Source of the DNA: the human T2T-CHM13v2.0 reference genome, Homo sapiens
Reading direction: 5' to 3' (one strand)
Assembly: GCF_009914755.1 (NCBI RefSeq)
Contig: NC_060932.1
Length of the DNA stretch: 64,000 bases
Under the pieces are notes generated by a model. It had not been told where the DNA came from, did no database searches, and saw nothing but the letters and a program-made list of their open reading frames with translations. The position numbers were made by a program, and so were the translations under genes. Of the stretch, positions 1 through 12,715 are shown piece after piece. Numbering within the stretch: position 1 is the first letter of the stretch; every line of letters starts with the position of its first letter.

Positions 1-451
1 TATGTCTCCATCCCAATTTTCATGGCCCTACTCCTTCTCAGTCAATGCCTTATTTCTAATATAAGAAACCCTGAAAGATTGTGTTGAATTATAATTCAGT
101 CACTGCCCATATTAGACTTTGGGTTTGGTTTTAAGAAATTTTCTAGGAAATGCTGTTTCTCTTACAGCAGTAATAGAACTTTTCTAATCCGTTACGTAGA
201 CCTTGATCTTGGAATTAAAAACTCTGAACTCATTTTCTTTCTGTACATTTTCCAATGCAACCCAACCAACATCATTATATTCATTTTTATTAAAGTGTTC
301 TACAGCAGCAACTACTTGGTGATTCAAAATCTTGCCTTCTATAGGCATTTGATTACAGATGAAACTACAAATAACAATTTAAGAAACATTTTTTGCCACT
401 ACATACCATGGCTTATGATGTCATGTATTGGAAGCAAATACATCAATGTCT

Positions 452-3400
452 ATTTTTTATGTTGTCTTAATTAATTTTTACGGGTACATAGTAGGTGTAT
501 ATACTTGCGGTGTACATGAGATGTTTTGATACAGGCATACAATGTTGCTATGGAGAGCAGTTTGGAGATTATTATTAATCACATCATGAAAACTGGAGTA
601 TCTTACCCCTCAAGCATTTATCCTTTGTCTTACAAAGAATCCAACTATACTCCTTCAGCTATTTTAAATGTACAATTAAATTATTATTGACTATAGTTAC
701 TCTGTTGCAATATCAAATTCTAGGTCTTATTTATTCTTTCAAATTATATTTATTTATACCCATTAACAATCCCCACCTCCCTCCCCTGACCCAGTCCCCC
801 ACTTCCCTTCCCAGCCTCTGGTAACCACCCTTCTACTCTACCTCCAAAAATTCAATTGTTTTGATTTTTAGATCCCACAAATAAGCGAGAACATGTGATG
901 TTTGCCTTTCTGTGCCTGGCTTATTTCACTTAACAGAATGATCTCCAGTTGCTTCCATGTTGATGCAAATAACTTGATAACATTCTTTTTTTATGGCTGA
1001 ATAGAACTCCATTGTGTATAAGTACCACATTTTCTTTATTCAGATTAATGGATAAAGAAAATGTAGTACTTACATACAATGGATACAGGTTGCTTCCAAA
1101 TCTTGGCTATTGTGAACAGTGCTGCAACAAACATTAAAGAGCAGGTATCTCTTTGATATACTGATTTCCTTTCTTTTGGGTATATACCCAGCAGTGGGAT
1201 TGCTAGCTTGTATGGTGGCTCTATTTTCAGTTATTTGAGGAACCTCCAAACTGTTCTCCATAGTGGTTGTACTAATTTACATTCTCACCAACAGAGTATG
1301 AAGGCATTCCCTTTTCTCCACATCCCTGTCAGCATTTGTTATTGCCTGACTTTTGAAAAAAAGCCAGTTTAACTGGGGTGAGATGATACCTCATTGTAGT
1401 TTTGATTTGTATTTCTCTGATAATCATTGATGTTGAGCACATTTTCATATGCCTGTTTGCCATTTGTATGTCTTCTTTTGAAAAATGTCTATTTCAATCT
1501 TTGCTGATTTTTAAATCAGATTATTAGATTTTATCCTATAGAGCTGTTTGATCTCCTTATATCTTCTGGTTTTTAATATTTTATCAGATGGGCAATTTGC
1601 AAATATTTTCTCTCATTTTGTGGGTTGTCTTTTCACTTTGTTGATTGTTTCCTTTGCTGTGCAGAAACTTTTTAACTTGATGTGACATCATTTTTCCATA
1701 TTAGTTTTGGATTTCTGTTCTTGTGAGGTATTACTCAGGAAATTCTTTGCCTAAGCTAACGTCTTGGAGGGTTTCCCCAATGCTTTTTTGTAGTAGTTTC
1801 ACAGTTTGAGGTCTTAGATTTAAGTCTCTAATCACTCTGGTTTGATTATCGTATATGGAGAGAGAGGGGGTGTCTGGTTTCATTATTTTGCCTATGCATA
1901 TTTAGTTTTCCCAGTACCATTTATTAAAAAGACTTTCTTTTCCTCAGTGTATGTTCTTGGCAGCTTTGTCAAAAATGAGTTCGCCATAGGTGTGTGGATT
2001 TGTTTCCAGGTTCTCTATTCTGTTCCATTGGTCTACATGGTTTTATGCCAGTACCACGCTGTTTAGATTACTATAGCTCTGTAGGATAATTTGAAGTCAG
2101 GTAATTGCATTCCTTGAGTTTTGTTCTTTTTGCTTAGGATAGCTTTAGCTATTCTGGGTCTTTGGTGGTTCTATATAAATTTTAGGATTCTTTTTTCTAT
2201 TTATGTGAAGAATGCCTTTGGTATTTTGATAGGAATTGGATTGAATCTGTAGATTGCCTTGGGTAGTATGAACATCTTAACAATATTGATTCTTCCAATC
2301 CAGGAACATGGAACATCTGTCCATATTTTGGTGTCCTCTTCAATGTCTTTCATCAATGTTTTATAGTATTAATTATAGACATCTTTCACTTCTTTGGTTA
2401 ATTCCTAGGTATTTAATTTTATTTGTGGCTATTATAAATGGAATTACATTTTTGATTTCTATTTCAGATTGCTCACTGTCAGCATACAGACATGCTACTG
2501 ATTTTTGTTTGTTAATTTTTGTATCCTGCAACTTTACTAGCTGTGTCAGTTCTAACAGTTTTTTATTGTGGAATCTTTAGGTTTTCCCAAATATATGATC
2601 ATATCATGTGCAAATAAGATTAATTTGACTTCTTTCTTTCCAAATTGGATGTCCTTTATTTCTTTCTCTTGTCTGATTGCTCTAGCAAGGACTTACAGTA
2701 CTGTGTTGAAAAACAGCAGTAAAAGTAGGCATCCCTTGTCATGTTTCATATCTTAGAGGAAAGCCTTTCAATTTTTCCCTGTTGAGTATGATGCTAGCTG
2801 TAGGTTTGTAATATACGGCTTTTATTATGTTGAGGTATGTTCCTTCTATTCTCATTTTTAGGGTTTTTGTAGTAAATTTTATCAAATGATTTTTCAGCAT
2901 CAATTGAAATAATCACACGGTTTTCATCAGTTTTATTGGTATGATGTATCATGCTGATTTGTGTATGTTGAACCGTCCTTGCATCCCAGGGATAAATCCC
3001 ACTTGATTATGATGAATGATCTTTTAAATGTATTATTGAATTTGGTTTGCTAGTATTTTACTAGGGATTTTTAGATTGATACTCATCAGAGATACTGGCC
3101 TGCAGCTTTTGGGGTTTGTTTGTTTGTTTGTTTATGCATCTTTGTCTGGTTTTCTATTAGGGTAATACTGGCTTCGTAGAATGAGTTTGGAAGAATTCCC
3201 TCCTCTATTTTTCAAAATAGTTTAAGTTGGATTGGTATTAGTTATTCTTTAAATGTTGGGTAGAATTCAGCAGTAAAGCCATCAGGTCCTGGGCTTTTCT
3301 CCACCGGAAAGACTTATTATTACATTATCCAACTTGTTACTTGTTACTGGTCTGTTCAGGTTTTGGATTTCTTCTTGGTTTAATCTGTGTGGGTTTTATG

Positions 3401-6400
3401 TGTCTAGGAATTTGTCCATTTATTCTAGATTTTCCAATTTATTGGCATACGGTTGCTCACAGTAGCTACTAAATGAACCTTCAAGTTTCTGCAGTATCAG
3501 TTGTAATGCCTCCTTTTTCATTTCTAATTTTACTTATTTGGATCTTCTGTCTTTTTATTAGTCTGGCTAAAGGTTTGCCAATTTTGTTTAAGTTTTCAAA
3601 AAGCACCTTTTTGTTTCATTGATCTTTTGTATTGTTTTCTTCCTTTCAATTTCATTTATTTTTGCTCTGATCTTTATTATTTCCTTTTTTCTGCTAGTTT
3701 TGTATTTGGCTCCTCTTGCTTTTCTAGTTCTCTAAGATGCATTATTAGATTGTTTATTTGAAGTTTTTCCTCTTTTTTTGATGTAGGCACTATAAACTTC
3801 CCTCTTAGTACTGCTTTTGCTGTATCACATAGGATTAGGTGTGTTACATTTCCATTATCATTTATTTCAATAAATTTTTTAAATTTTCTTCATAATTTCT
3901 TCATTGGCCCACTGGCACTGATATTTTACCCTTACTGGGATTCTCTTGTCATTTCCTTAACATGATTATTAAGTGAAAGTTCTTAAGGACAATCTCATTC
4001 ACTCTAGGGTTGGTGTGAGTAAAGTAACATGGCAGCTGATCTTCTGGCTAAAAAATAGTAACCAGATACAATATTGATTGCTTCTCTACTAGTTTGTCTT
4101 TTATTCACATAAATTCTGCATTATATGTATTTACTTTAAAAGACATTAAACTTGTGTAATTTCCATGTGTTTGTATAGTTTCCAAAGTTCCTCTTGTTAT
4201 TGATACCTAGTTTTATTCCATTGTGGTCAGAGAAGATGTTTGATATTTTTTCAATTATTTTGAATGTTTTGGGACTTGTTTTGTGACCTAACATATGGTC
4301 TACTCTTGAGAATAATTCATCTGCTGGGAAAAGAATGTGTATTCTGCAGCCATTGGATAAAATGTTCTGTAAATGTCTATTAGATCCATTTGGTCTATAG
4401 TGCAGATTAAGTCCAATGTTTCTTTATTGATTTTCTATCTCTAAAATCTGTCCAATGCTAAAAGTAGGATATTGAAGTCTCCAGGTATTATGGTCTCAGA
4501 CCTCTTTTTCAGCTCTAATAACATTTGCCTTAAATATACGGGTGCTTCAATGTCGGATGTATATACTCTTAAAATTGTTATACCTTCTTGCTGAATTAAA
4601 CATTTTATCTTCATATAGTGAACTTACTTGTCTCTTTTTATGGTTTTTGACTTGAAAACTATTTTGTCTTATGTATGTATGACTACTCATGCTTCTTTCT
4701 GCTTTCTATTGGTGTGAAATATCTTTTTCCATTTCTTTATTTTCAGTCTGTGTGTGTTTTTATAGGTGAAGTATGTTTCTTGTAGGCAACAGATCAATGG
4801 GTCTTGCTTTTTGATTTATTCAGCCACTCTGTGTCTTTTGATTGAAAAGTTTAGTCCATTTACTTTCAATGTTATTATTGATAAGTAAGGACTTGCTCCT
4901 GCCATTTTGTTATTTGTTTTCTGGTTATTTTGTGGTCTTCTCTTCCTTCTTTCTTTCTTTCCTGTATTCCTTTTTATGAAAGTTATCTGTTGATATAAAT
5001 TAGTTTCTTTGTTTTTATTTTTTATGTATCTATTGCATGTTTTTTGGTCTGAGGTTACCATGAGGTTTGCAAATACTATCTTGTAGCCCGTTGTTTTAAG
5101 CTTATAACAACTTACCACTGTTTGTATAAATAAACAAGCAAACAAACAAGCAAAATGAAAACTAATATAAAACTTGCACCTTAAGTTCATTCCCCCCCCA
5201 TTTTAACTTTTTGTTGTTTCTATTTATATCTTATCGTACAATGTCATGAAAAGTCATTGTAGTTATTATTTTTGCTTGTTTCATCATTTAATCTTTCTAC
5301 ATAAGGTAAGAATACTTAACATACCATAGTTATAGTGTTATAATATTCTGTATTTTTCTGTACACTTACTATTACCCATGAGTTTTTTACCTTCAGATGA
5401 TTTCTTATTGCTCATTAATGTCCTTTTCTTTCTGATTGAAGTTCTCCCTTTAGCATTTCTTGTAGGACCGGTCTGGTGTTGATGAAATTCCTCAACTTTT
5501 GTTGGTCTGGGAAAGTCTTTATTTCCCCTTCATGTTTGAAGGATAGTTTCACCAGATGTAACATTCTAAGGTAAAAGTTTGTTTTTTGTTTTGCCTTTTT
5601 TGGTCTTGGCACTTTATACATGTTTTGCCATTCTCTCCTGGCCTGTAAGGTTTCCACTAAAAGTCTTCTGCCAGATGTATTGGTTCTCCAGTGTGTTATT
5701 TGTTTGTTTTCTCTTGACGCTTTTAGGATTCTTCCTTTATTCTTGATCTTTGATTAAATGCTTTAATAAATGCCTTGTCTTCTTTGGGATAATTCTGCTT
5801 GGCTTTCTATAACCTGCTTGTACTTGGATATTAATATTTTGTCTAGGTTTGGAAAGTTCTCTGTTATTATCCCTTTGAATAAATTCTCTACCATTGTCTC
5901 TTTTTCTACCTCCTCTTTAAAGCCAATAACTCTTAGATTTGCTCTTTTGAGGCTAGTTTCTAGATCCTGTAAGCATGCCTCATATTTTCTTATTTTTTCT
6001 TTTGTCTCCTCTGTGTATTTTCAAATGTCCTGTTTTCAAGCTCACTAATTCTTCTGCTTGATCCATTCTGCTATTAAAAGACTCTGATGCATTATTTAGT
6101 ATGCCAATTTCATTTTTCAGCTCCAGACTTTCTGCTTGATTCTTTTTAATTGTTTCAATTTCTTTGTTAACTTTTTTTTTTTTTTTTTTTGAGATGGAGT
6201 CTCACTCTGTTGCCCAGGCTGGAGTGCAGTGGAGCAATCTCAGCTCACTGCAACCTCTGCTTCCTGGGTTCAAGCGATTCCTCTGCCTCAGCCTCCTGAG
6301 TAGCTGAGATTACAGACACGCATCACCATACCCAGATAATTTTTGTTTTTTTAGTAGAGACAGAGCTTCACCATGTTGGCTAGGCTAGTCTCAAACTTCT

Positions 6401-8666
6401 GACCTCAGAAGATATACCCGCCTCAGCCTCCCAAAGTTCTGGGATTACAGGCATGAGCCACCACAACCAGCCTGTTAAATTTATCTGATAGAATTATGAA
6501 TTTCTTCTCTGTGTTGTCCTGAATTTCTTTGAGTTTCCTCAAAACAGCTATTTTGAATTATCTGTCTGAGAGGTCATATATCTCTGTTTCTCTAGGATTG
6601 GTCCTTGCTGGCTTATTCAGTTGATTTGGTGAGGTCATGCTTTCCTGGATCGTCTTGAAACTTGTAGATGTTCAGCTGTGTTTGGGCATTGAAGAAATAG
6701 GTATTTACTGCAGTCTTTGCATTCTGGGCTTGCTTGTAACTATACTTCTTGGGAAGGTTTTCCAGATATTTGAAAGAACTTGGGTGTTATGATCTAAGCT
6801 GTATCTGCTTTACGGGGTACTCCAAGCCCAGCAACACTGTGGTTCTTGCAGAGTTGTAGAGGTACCACCTTGATGGTCTCAGACTATGCCTGGGAGAATT
6901 CTCTGGATTACCAGGAAGAGACTTTTGTTCTCTTCCCTCCCTTTCTCCTCAAACAAATGGAGTCTCTCTCTCTGTTATCAGCCACCCAGACCTGGGGGTA
7001 GAGAGACACAAGCCACTCTGTGGCCACCACCACTGGGAATGCACTGAGTCAGACCTAATGCCAGCATAACAATGGGTCTTGCCCCAGGCCTGCTATAATC
7101 ACTCCCTCACTACTCCCTCTGTTTGCTGAGGATCCAGGCGTTCCACAATCAGCAGGTGGCAAAGCCAGCAAGGCCTGTGTCTCTTTCAAAGTAGCAAGTC
7201 ACCCCAAGCTCCAAGTGGGTCCAGAGATGTTGTCCAGGAGCCCAGGAGTAGAGTCAAAAACCTTAGAAGTTCACCTGGTGTTCTATTGTGTTGAGGCTCA
7301 TCTGGCACTCAAACCACAAGATGAAGTCCTTCTCATACTCCCTCCTCTTTCAAAGGCAGTGGAACCTCACACCATGGCCACCACCACCACAGGTCCCTGG
7401 GAATTACTGCCAGACTACCACTGATGTTCCCTTAAGGCCCAAGGGCTCCTAAGTTAGCTTATGGTGAATGCTGCCAGGCCTGGGACTCACCCTTCAGGGC
7501 AGTGTACTCCCCTCTGGCTCAGGGCAGGTCCAGAAATGCCACTCAAGAGCCAATTCCAGAATCAATTACCCCAAGAGCCTTCTTGGAGCTCTCCACCTCT
7601 GTGGTTGAGCTCGTCCCTAAGGTGCAAGTCAAAATCCCCTTTACTTTTTCCTCTGCTTTTCTCAAATAGAAGGAGTTTGCCCCATAGCCACCACAGCTAG
7701 GAATATGCTGATTCTCACCTGAAGCCAGCAAGTCTGAGAGTGTCACTCAAAGCCTTCAACGTAGTGCCTGGGTATCACTGCTGGTTGATTATTCAGGGCC
7801 CAAGGGCTCTTCAGTCAGCATGTGATGAATCCTGCCAGGACTGCATCCTTTCTATCAAGGCAGAGGGTTCCCTTCTGGCCCAGGGTATGTCTAGAAATGT
7901 TGTCCAGGAGCTAGGGCCTGGAAAAGGGGTCTCATGACTCTGACAAGGGCCCTATCCTGCTGTGTCTGAGCTGCTATTCAAGATGCAAGAAGTCCTCCCC
8001 ACTCTTCCTCATCCTCTCCTCAAGCAGAAGAAAGGGGTCTTTTTCAGAGCCTTGAGCTGTGCAGCCTGGGGTTAGGGGAGAAGTGATGACAGCACTCTTT
8101 TAGCTTCCCCAACTGGTGTCCCAGTAGATCACATGCCCCACAGTGCTCTGGCTCTGGGCCCAGTTTCACACTAGGAAACACCCAGGAGATGCAATCCTTG
8201 TGGACTAAACTGCCTTTAAAATTGAAAGTGAAAGGCATTTTCAGAAGATCTTTCTGAAGCACTGGAGTGTGTGGGCAAATTGGAGTTATTCTGTGTCTCA
8301 GGAAACTTTAGTCAGTGGTGGCGAGGCTTGAGGGAACTCAAGTTCCCACCAGAAGGATTAACGATTCCCCTCTAGGTGGGGCTGGTGTAAATGCTCTCTC
8401 CCAAGAGAACAGGAATGCTTTCTGCAGCATGCTGCCACAGCTGGGGGATGGCGGAGGGGTGGCGTTGGGGATTCAAGACTGTTTTTCTTATTTCTTCAGT
8501 GCCTCTTTCGGTGATATGAAGTTAAAAACAGATACCATGAATGCTCACCTGATTTTTGGTGTTTATGAAGGTGCTTCTTTTGTGTAGTTGTTAAATTAGT
8601 GCCTTAGGAGGGCAGGGGGGGATGATCACTGGAGCCTTCTATTCTGCTATCTTGCTCCATTCCTCC
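452..8666 (-). mobile_element. Full-length old LINE-1 (L1MA1-3-like), decayed: 3'UTR, ORF2, inter-ORF spacer, ORF1, long 5'UTR
   Basis: L1MA-type 3' end (gggtacatagtaggtgtata...) at ~482. Antisense ORF2 to ~4900. ORF1 remnant METLQARREW...FPDQQKLRNFINTRPVLQEMLKG (5415-5657, minus). 5'UTR ends in ctatcttgctccattcctcc at 8666. Residual TSD aatgtct at 445-451 / 8672-8678. Confidence 0.9.
6172..6472 (-). mobile_element. AluS (Sx-like) inserted in L1MA ORF1
   Basis: Poly-T followed by antisense Alu dimer; short TSD tgttaa at 6165-6170 / 6473-6478. Confidence 0.93.
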
Positions 8667-8764
8667 ATTTGAATGTCTTTAAATATGATAAAACCAGAGA
8701 ACCAATTATAGATTACTATCTTTACTATTCTTATCTCCTGGAACCAATTCGGATGCCAATAATT

Positions 8765-9300
8765 ATAGCAGTCAGGATTCAATCATGAAAACATAATCTT
8801 CATGGGTATTATGAAATAAAAGATTTATTATAGGAATAAAACTTTATGCATTGATGGAGAAGTTGGAATAACAGACCAAAAATAGAAGTTAGAGGATTAG
8901 AGAGAAGTGTCTTTCTGAAGCACTGGAATGTGTGGGCAAATTGGAGTTTATCAAGGAATGCAGAAAACCAGGTATATCCAACTGCCAGAATAGGAGTATA
9001 AAGAAAAGGTAGTGGAAAATAAGATGGGAGGCTCCTGATTCTACATTTATTTTTATGTCTGGAGTCTCTGGTTCAGAGACAACATTTGTGAAAAAGATCT
9101 AGATATGAACAAAAGAATGAGGACACATCTGCAACTGTCTCTCACTATTAGTAACCACAAAGATCTTTAGCTCATAATGGCTTCGAATTCACTTCTACCT
9201 TCCAAATCTCACAAAATTTTCTCTTTTGGCCAACTCTAACTTGGAACCATATGGGCAAGAGAATTCTGGAAACTATGGTTTCAGCTTAGCCAATGTGACT
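8765..9300. mobile_element. Ancient ERVL-class solo LTR (family uncertain)
   Basis: Motifs gtcaggattcaatc...gatttattataggaat and ccttccaaatctcacaaaat...gccaactctaac..gaaccata..gaattctggaaa resemble old ERVL LTRs. Confidence 0.5.
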
Positions 9301-9439
9301 ATTATAAAAAACACCAAGCATATTTTCCATATTTAAATCCTATTAGATTTACACCACATGCCATTGGTATTAAATCATGGGCTTGTTGATTTTTAAATCA
9401 TCTGCCAACTCTGACTGAGTAAGAATGCTATTGATTATG

Positions 9440-9980
9440 ATTTTTTTGGTTGCAAGCCACAGAAATTGACTGACTAACTTATGCATAAAAAAAAACCTTA
9501 CTGGAAAAATATTATTAGAAAGCTCAAAGAATAAATAGGAAGGGTAGAAAAGATGCTTAGAAATAAAAAAAGAAACCAGAAAAGTAGCAGGTCACCCTCT
9601 ACTGCCTCTAATCATTAGGGTTTTTGCTCTGAAAGGAATGTAGTTGTTTTGGGGTTTTTCTTTGGGGGGACAGCAGGGTGGGGTTGTTTCTTTGTTTTTC
9701 TTACTTTAATCCTGAATAACTTTGCTTGAGATTTTAACTCTTTGAACAGAAGGCTTTTGTCTGGTCAAGCTTAAGTCACATGCTCAATTTTTGGTCCTAC
9801 TGAGGCAGTAAGATCTGGCAGAAGTAACCTGTTATAGCCTCTAGAAAACCCTTCATCCTCCATAAAAATAATGGTTTAATTTGATTTGCAATTTTATTCA
9901 GCTTGCTTAAAATGGTGGTGTGGTAATTCCCTATAAGAAAATTAAAGTGATCCTAGGAAGAATAAATTGTTCTAAATCAG
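9440..9980. mobile_element. Old MLT1-type MaLR LTR remnant
   Basis: tttggttgcaagccacagaaa start and caagcttaagtcacatgctc motif. Confidence 0.4.
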
Positions 9981-10319
9981 TTAAAATCTTCTAATGAATA
10001 TCTATTCGTTAATAAGAGTTTTGAGGCTATACCCAGGCCCAGTAAGAAATAGCATATGATCTAATAGCATTGCCTACCATGGGTGCAGAAAAGGATAGTA
10101 TTAGCAGACCTCCTGTACATTTTTGCCAGTTCTTGATTTTGATACAGCCTCTACAATTCCACTGTATAGAGAGCTGAAAGAATGTTACAGTTACTTAATA
10201 GGGAATACCAAATGCTTCCTTGGGCTGACTTTGAATTTCTATCATAATCTAAATTCAGGATTACTTACTCTCATTGTTCCGATTTCACATGGTCATTCTA
10301 TATGTGGTGCATAAGCCCA

Positions 10320-12560
10320 TTGTGGAGAAAGCAATCCTTCAAAGTCAGGCAGAATTGTATTTGAATCCCATCTTCACTAGCTAACACAGTGTGAACATGA
10401 TCGATTTACTTAAATCTTTTGACCATTAGCGTTATCAGCTATCCATCTCAAAAAGTAAGTGAGAGTTAAGTGAAAAAGTAACTAACAAAAACCATTATCT
10501 CAGGGCCAACTTGGTGCTTAGCACACAGAGAACATTTGCTATATACTAGTTCCTTCTGTCCTTTTTTTATAGTTCCTTTTTCCTAAATATCTGCTTCTGT
10601 TTCTTTCACTTAGTCAAATCTTGTACCATAAAGTTCAAATATCACCCTTTCCTTGAAATTTTTAAACTAAGTTTTCAACTACTATACAATTTTCTACTTA
10701 TGGAACTCATTTAGGTATTGAATAATCAATTTCTTTTTAAAATAATCATTAATAATGTGATGCAGCACCATGTTGGAATAACATCATTATGAACATCTAA
10801 AACCTGCATACCATTCAATGTTTGAATACTAACTACTATTTGCCCATTTTTGGATGGAAATTGGTAACACAAAGATTAATAGGACCCTGTGGGTAGCTTC
10901 AAGACATTCACAGCCTATTGGGGAAGATAATCATATATGTTGAATAGCATGGTATGATAGACTCATATGTGCACAAGAAATTAACAGAGTAAATAGGATA
11001 CTTGATACAGACTATGATAAAAATGGTGGAAGGAGGAGTTCTTTAGGAAAGATTAAAATAGAACCTTACATTCAAGAATGCATTGGATTTAGCCAGGAAA
11101 ACAACAGTTAATGCAAGAAATATTGAAGAAATACAAAAAGAAGAGAAAGAAATATAAATGAGTGCTGCGGGAAAAAAATGTAAATAATTTACTATGACTG
11201 AAGGATAGAGTGAGAAAGGAAACTACAGGAAATGAGGTTAGAGAAGCCAAACAAGACATAATTAGAAAAAGCCTTCTATATCACCCAAGGGTTAAGATTT
11301 TATCATAAACTCAATGAGAAAACATTGAAGAAATTCAGCCACACAGAGCTATAGTAAGTATCAACAAAGACAATAAGAATAATAATCATGGTAATGGAAG
11401 CAACCATATATTGAGTACTATTTATTTGCAGTGCACTGTGCTAAATAGATTACTATATTAGTTCATTTTCATGCTGCTGATAAAGACATACTCGAGACTG
11501 GGTAATTTACAAAAGAAAGAGGTTTAATGGACTTACAGTTCCACATGGCTAGGGAGTCCTCACAATCATGGCAGAAGGAAAGGAGGAGCAAGTCACATCT
11601 TACATAGATGGTGGCAGGCAAAGAGAGAGCTTGTGCAGGGAAACTCCCATTTTAAAACCATCAGATCTCGTGAGATTCATTCACTATCACAAGAACAGCA
11701 CAGGGAAGACCTGCCCCCATAATTCAATCACTTCCCACCATGTTCCTCCCCTGACATGTGGGAATTGTGGGAGTCACAATTCAAGATGAGATTTAGGTGG
11801 GGACACAGCCAAACCATATCAATTACTTATTTGATTCTCAAGATAACACTCTGATATAGGTACTATTATCCCAATTTACCAGTGACAAAATTGAGGCTTA
11901 AAGAGGTTAAACAACTTGTCCAAGGTTATTGTGAGTAACTATTATTACTAGTATAAATCTAGATCTGTCTAATTCAAGAGCCCATGATCTTAACCACAAT
12001 GTTCAGATTTATGTTTTCAAAAAATCACTTTAGCAGCAGTGTAAAAAATTGATTGAAGAGGGCCAAGCATAGAGGTAAAGACTCCATTTAGAAGACTACC
12101 ATACAAATACAGTTTTTAAGTAAGAGCCCACTCCCAGGCAGAGTGAAAGAGCTAAAAAATTTAAAAGAGACTTAATAGAGTTAATAACTGGCTGCACATG
12201 AACGGTTAGCCAGAGAAATCAAAGATAATAACCAATTAACTGGGTTGATGGTTGTGTCATCAGTATAAGATGTTTCTGATGGGGGAATTGGAATACAATA
12301 AAATCAGTTTGAGGGAGTGTTGAGATTGCGGCACTTGAAGAAAAGTCACATGGAACTTAGTATGTAGAGAAAGATTTGGCAGATTTCAGAATTAGGTTGT
12401 AGATACAGCCATGATGCTAGAAAAAGTTACTCAGCCAGGGAGAATCTATAGTGTAAATGCAACAGTGATATGAGGTTGTAAAGCTGGAAACATCAATATT
12501 TGAGTACATTTTGGGTACCAGATGAGGGTTTAACAAAAAGACTGAGAGGGAACTTCCACA
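10320..12560. mobile_element. Cluster of MIR and L2 fragments (interrupted by THE1 LTR)
   Basis: MIR cores (tttgaatcccatcttcactag ~10360; attatcccaatttaccagtgacaaaattgaggcttaaagaggttaaacaacttgtccaagg ~11865) and purine-rich L2 3' segments. Confidence 0.6.
11454..11821 (-). mobile_element. THE1B-like solo LTR (MaLR)
   Basis: tatattagttcattttcatgctgctgataaagacata...ggggacacagccaaaccatatca; 5-bp TSD attac at 11449-11453 / 11822-11826. Confidence 0.93.
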
Positions 12561-12715
12561 GGACTATAAATACAACCAGAATCATTTTAAGAAAGGAGTT
12601 GTAACTGATTTGTAGAATTGTAGATAGTGACAAAAACCTCAGAGAACTATTTAGTTCTGCATGTAAGAATTATGGATGATATTTTATTATTCTTTGTAAG
12701 TTCTGGTCATCTAGT

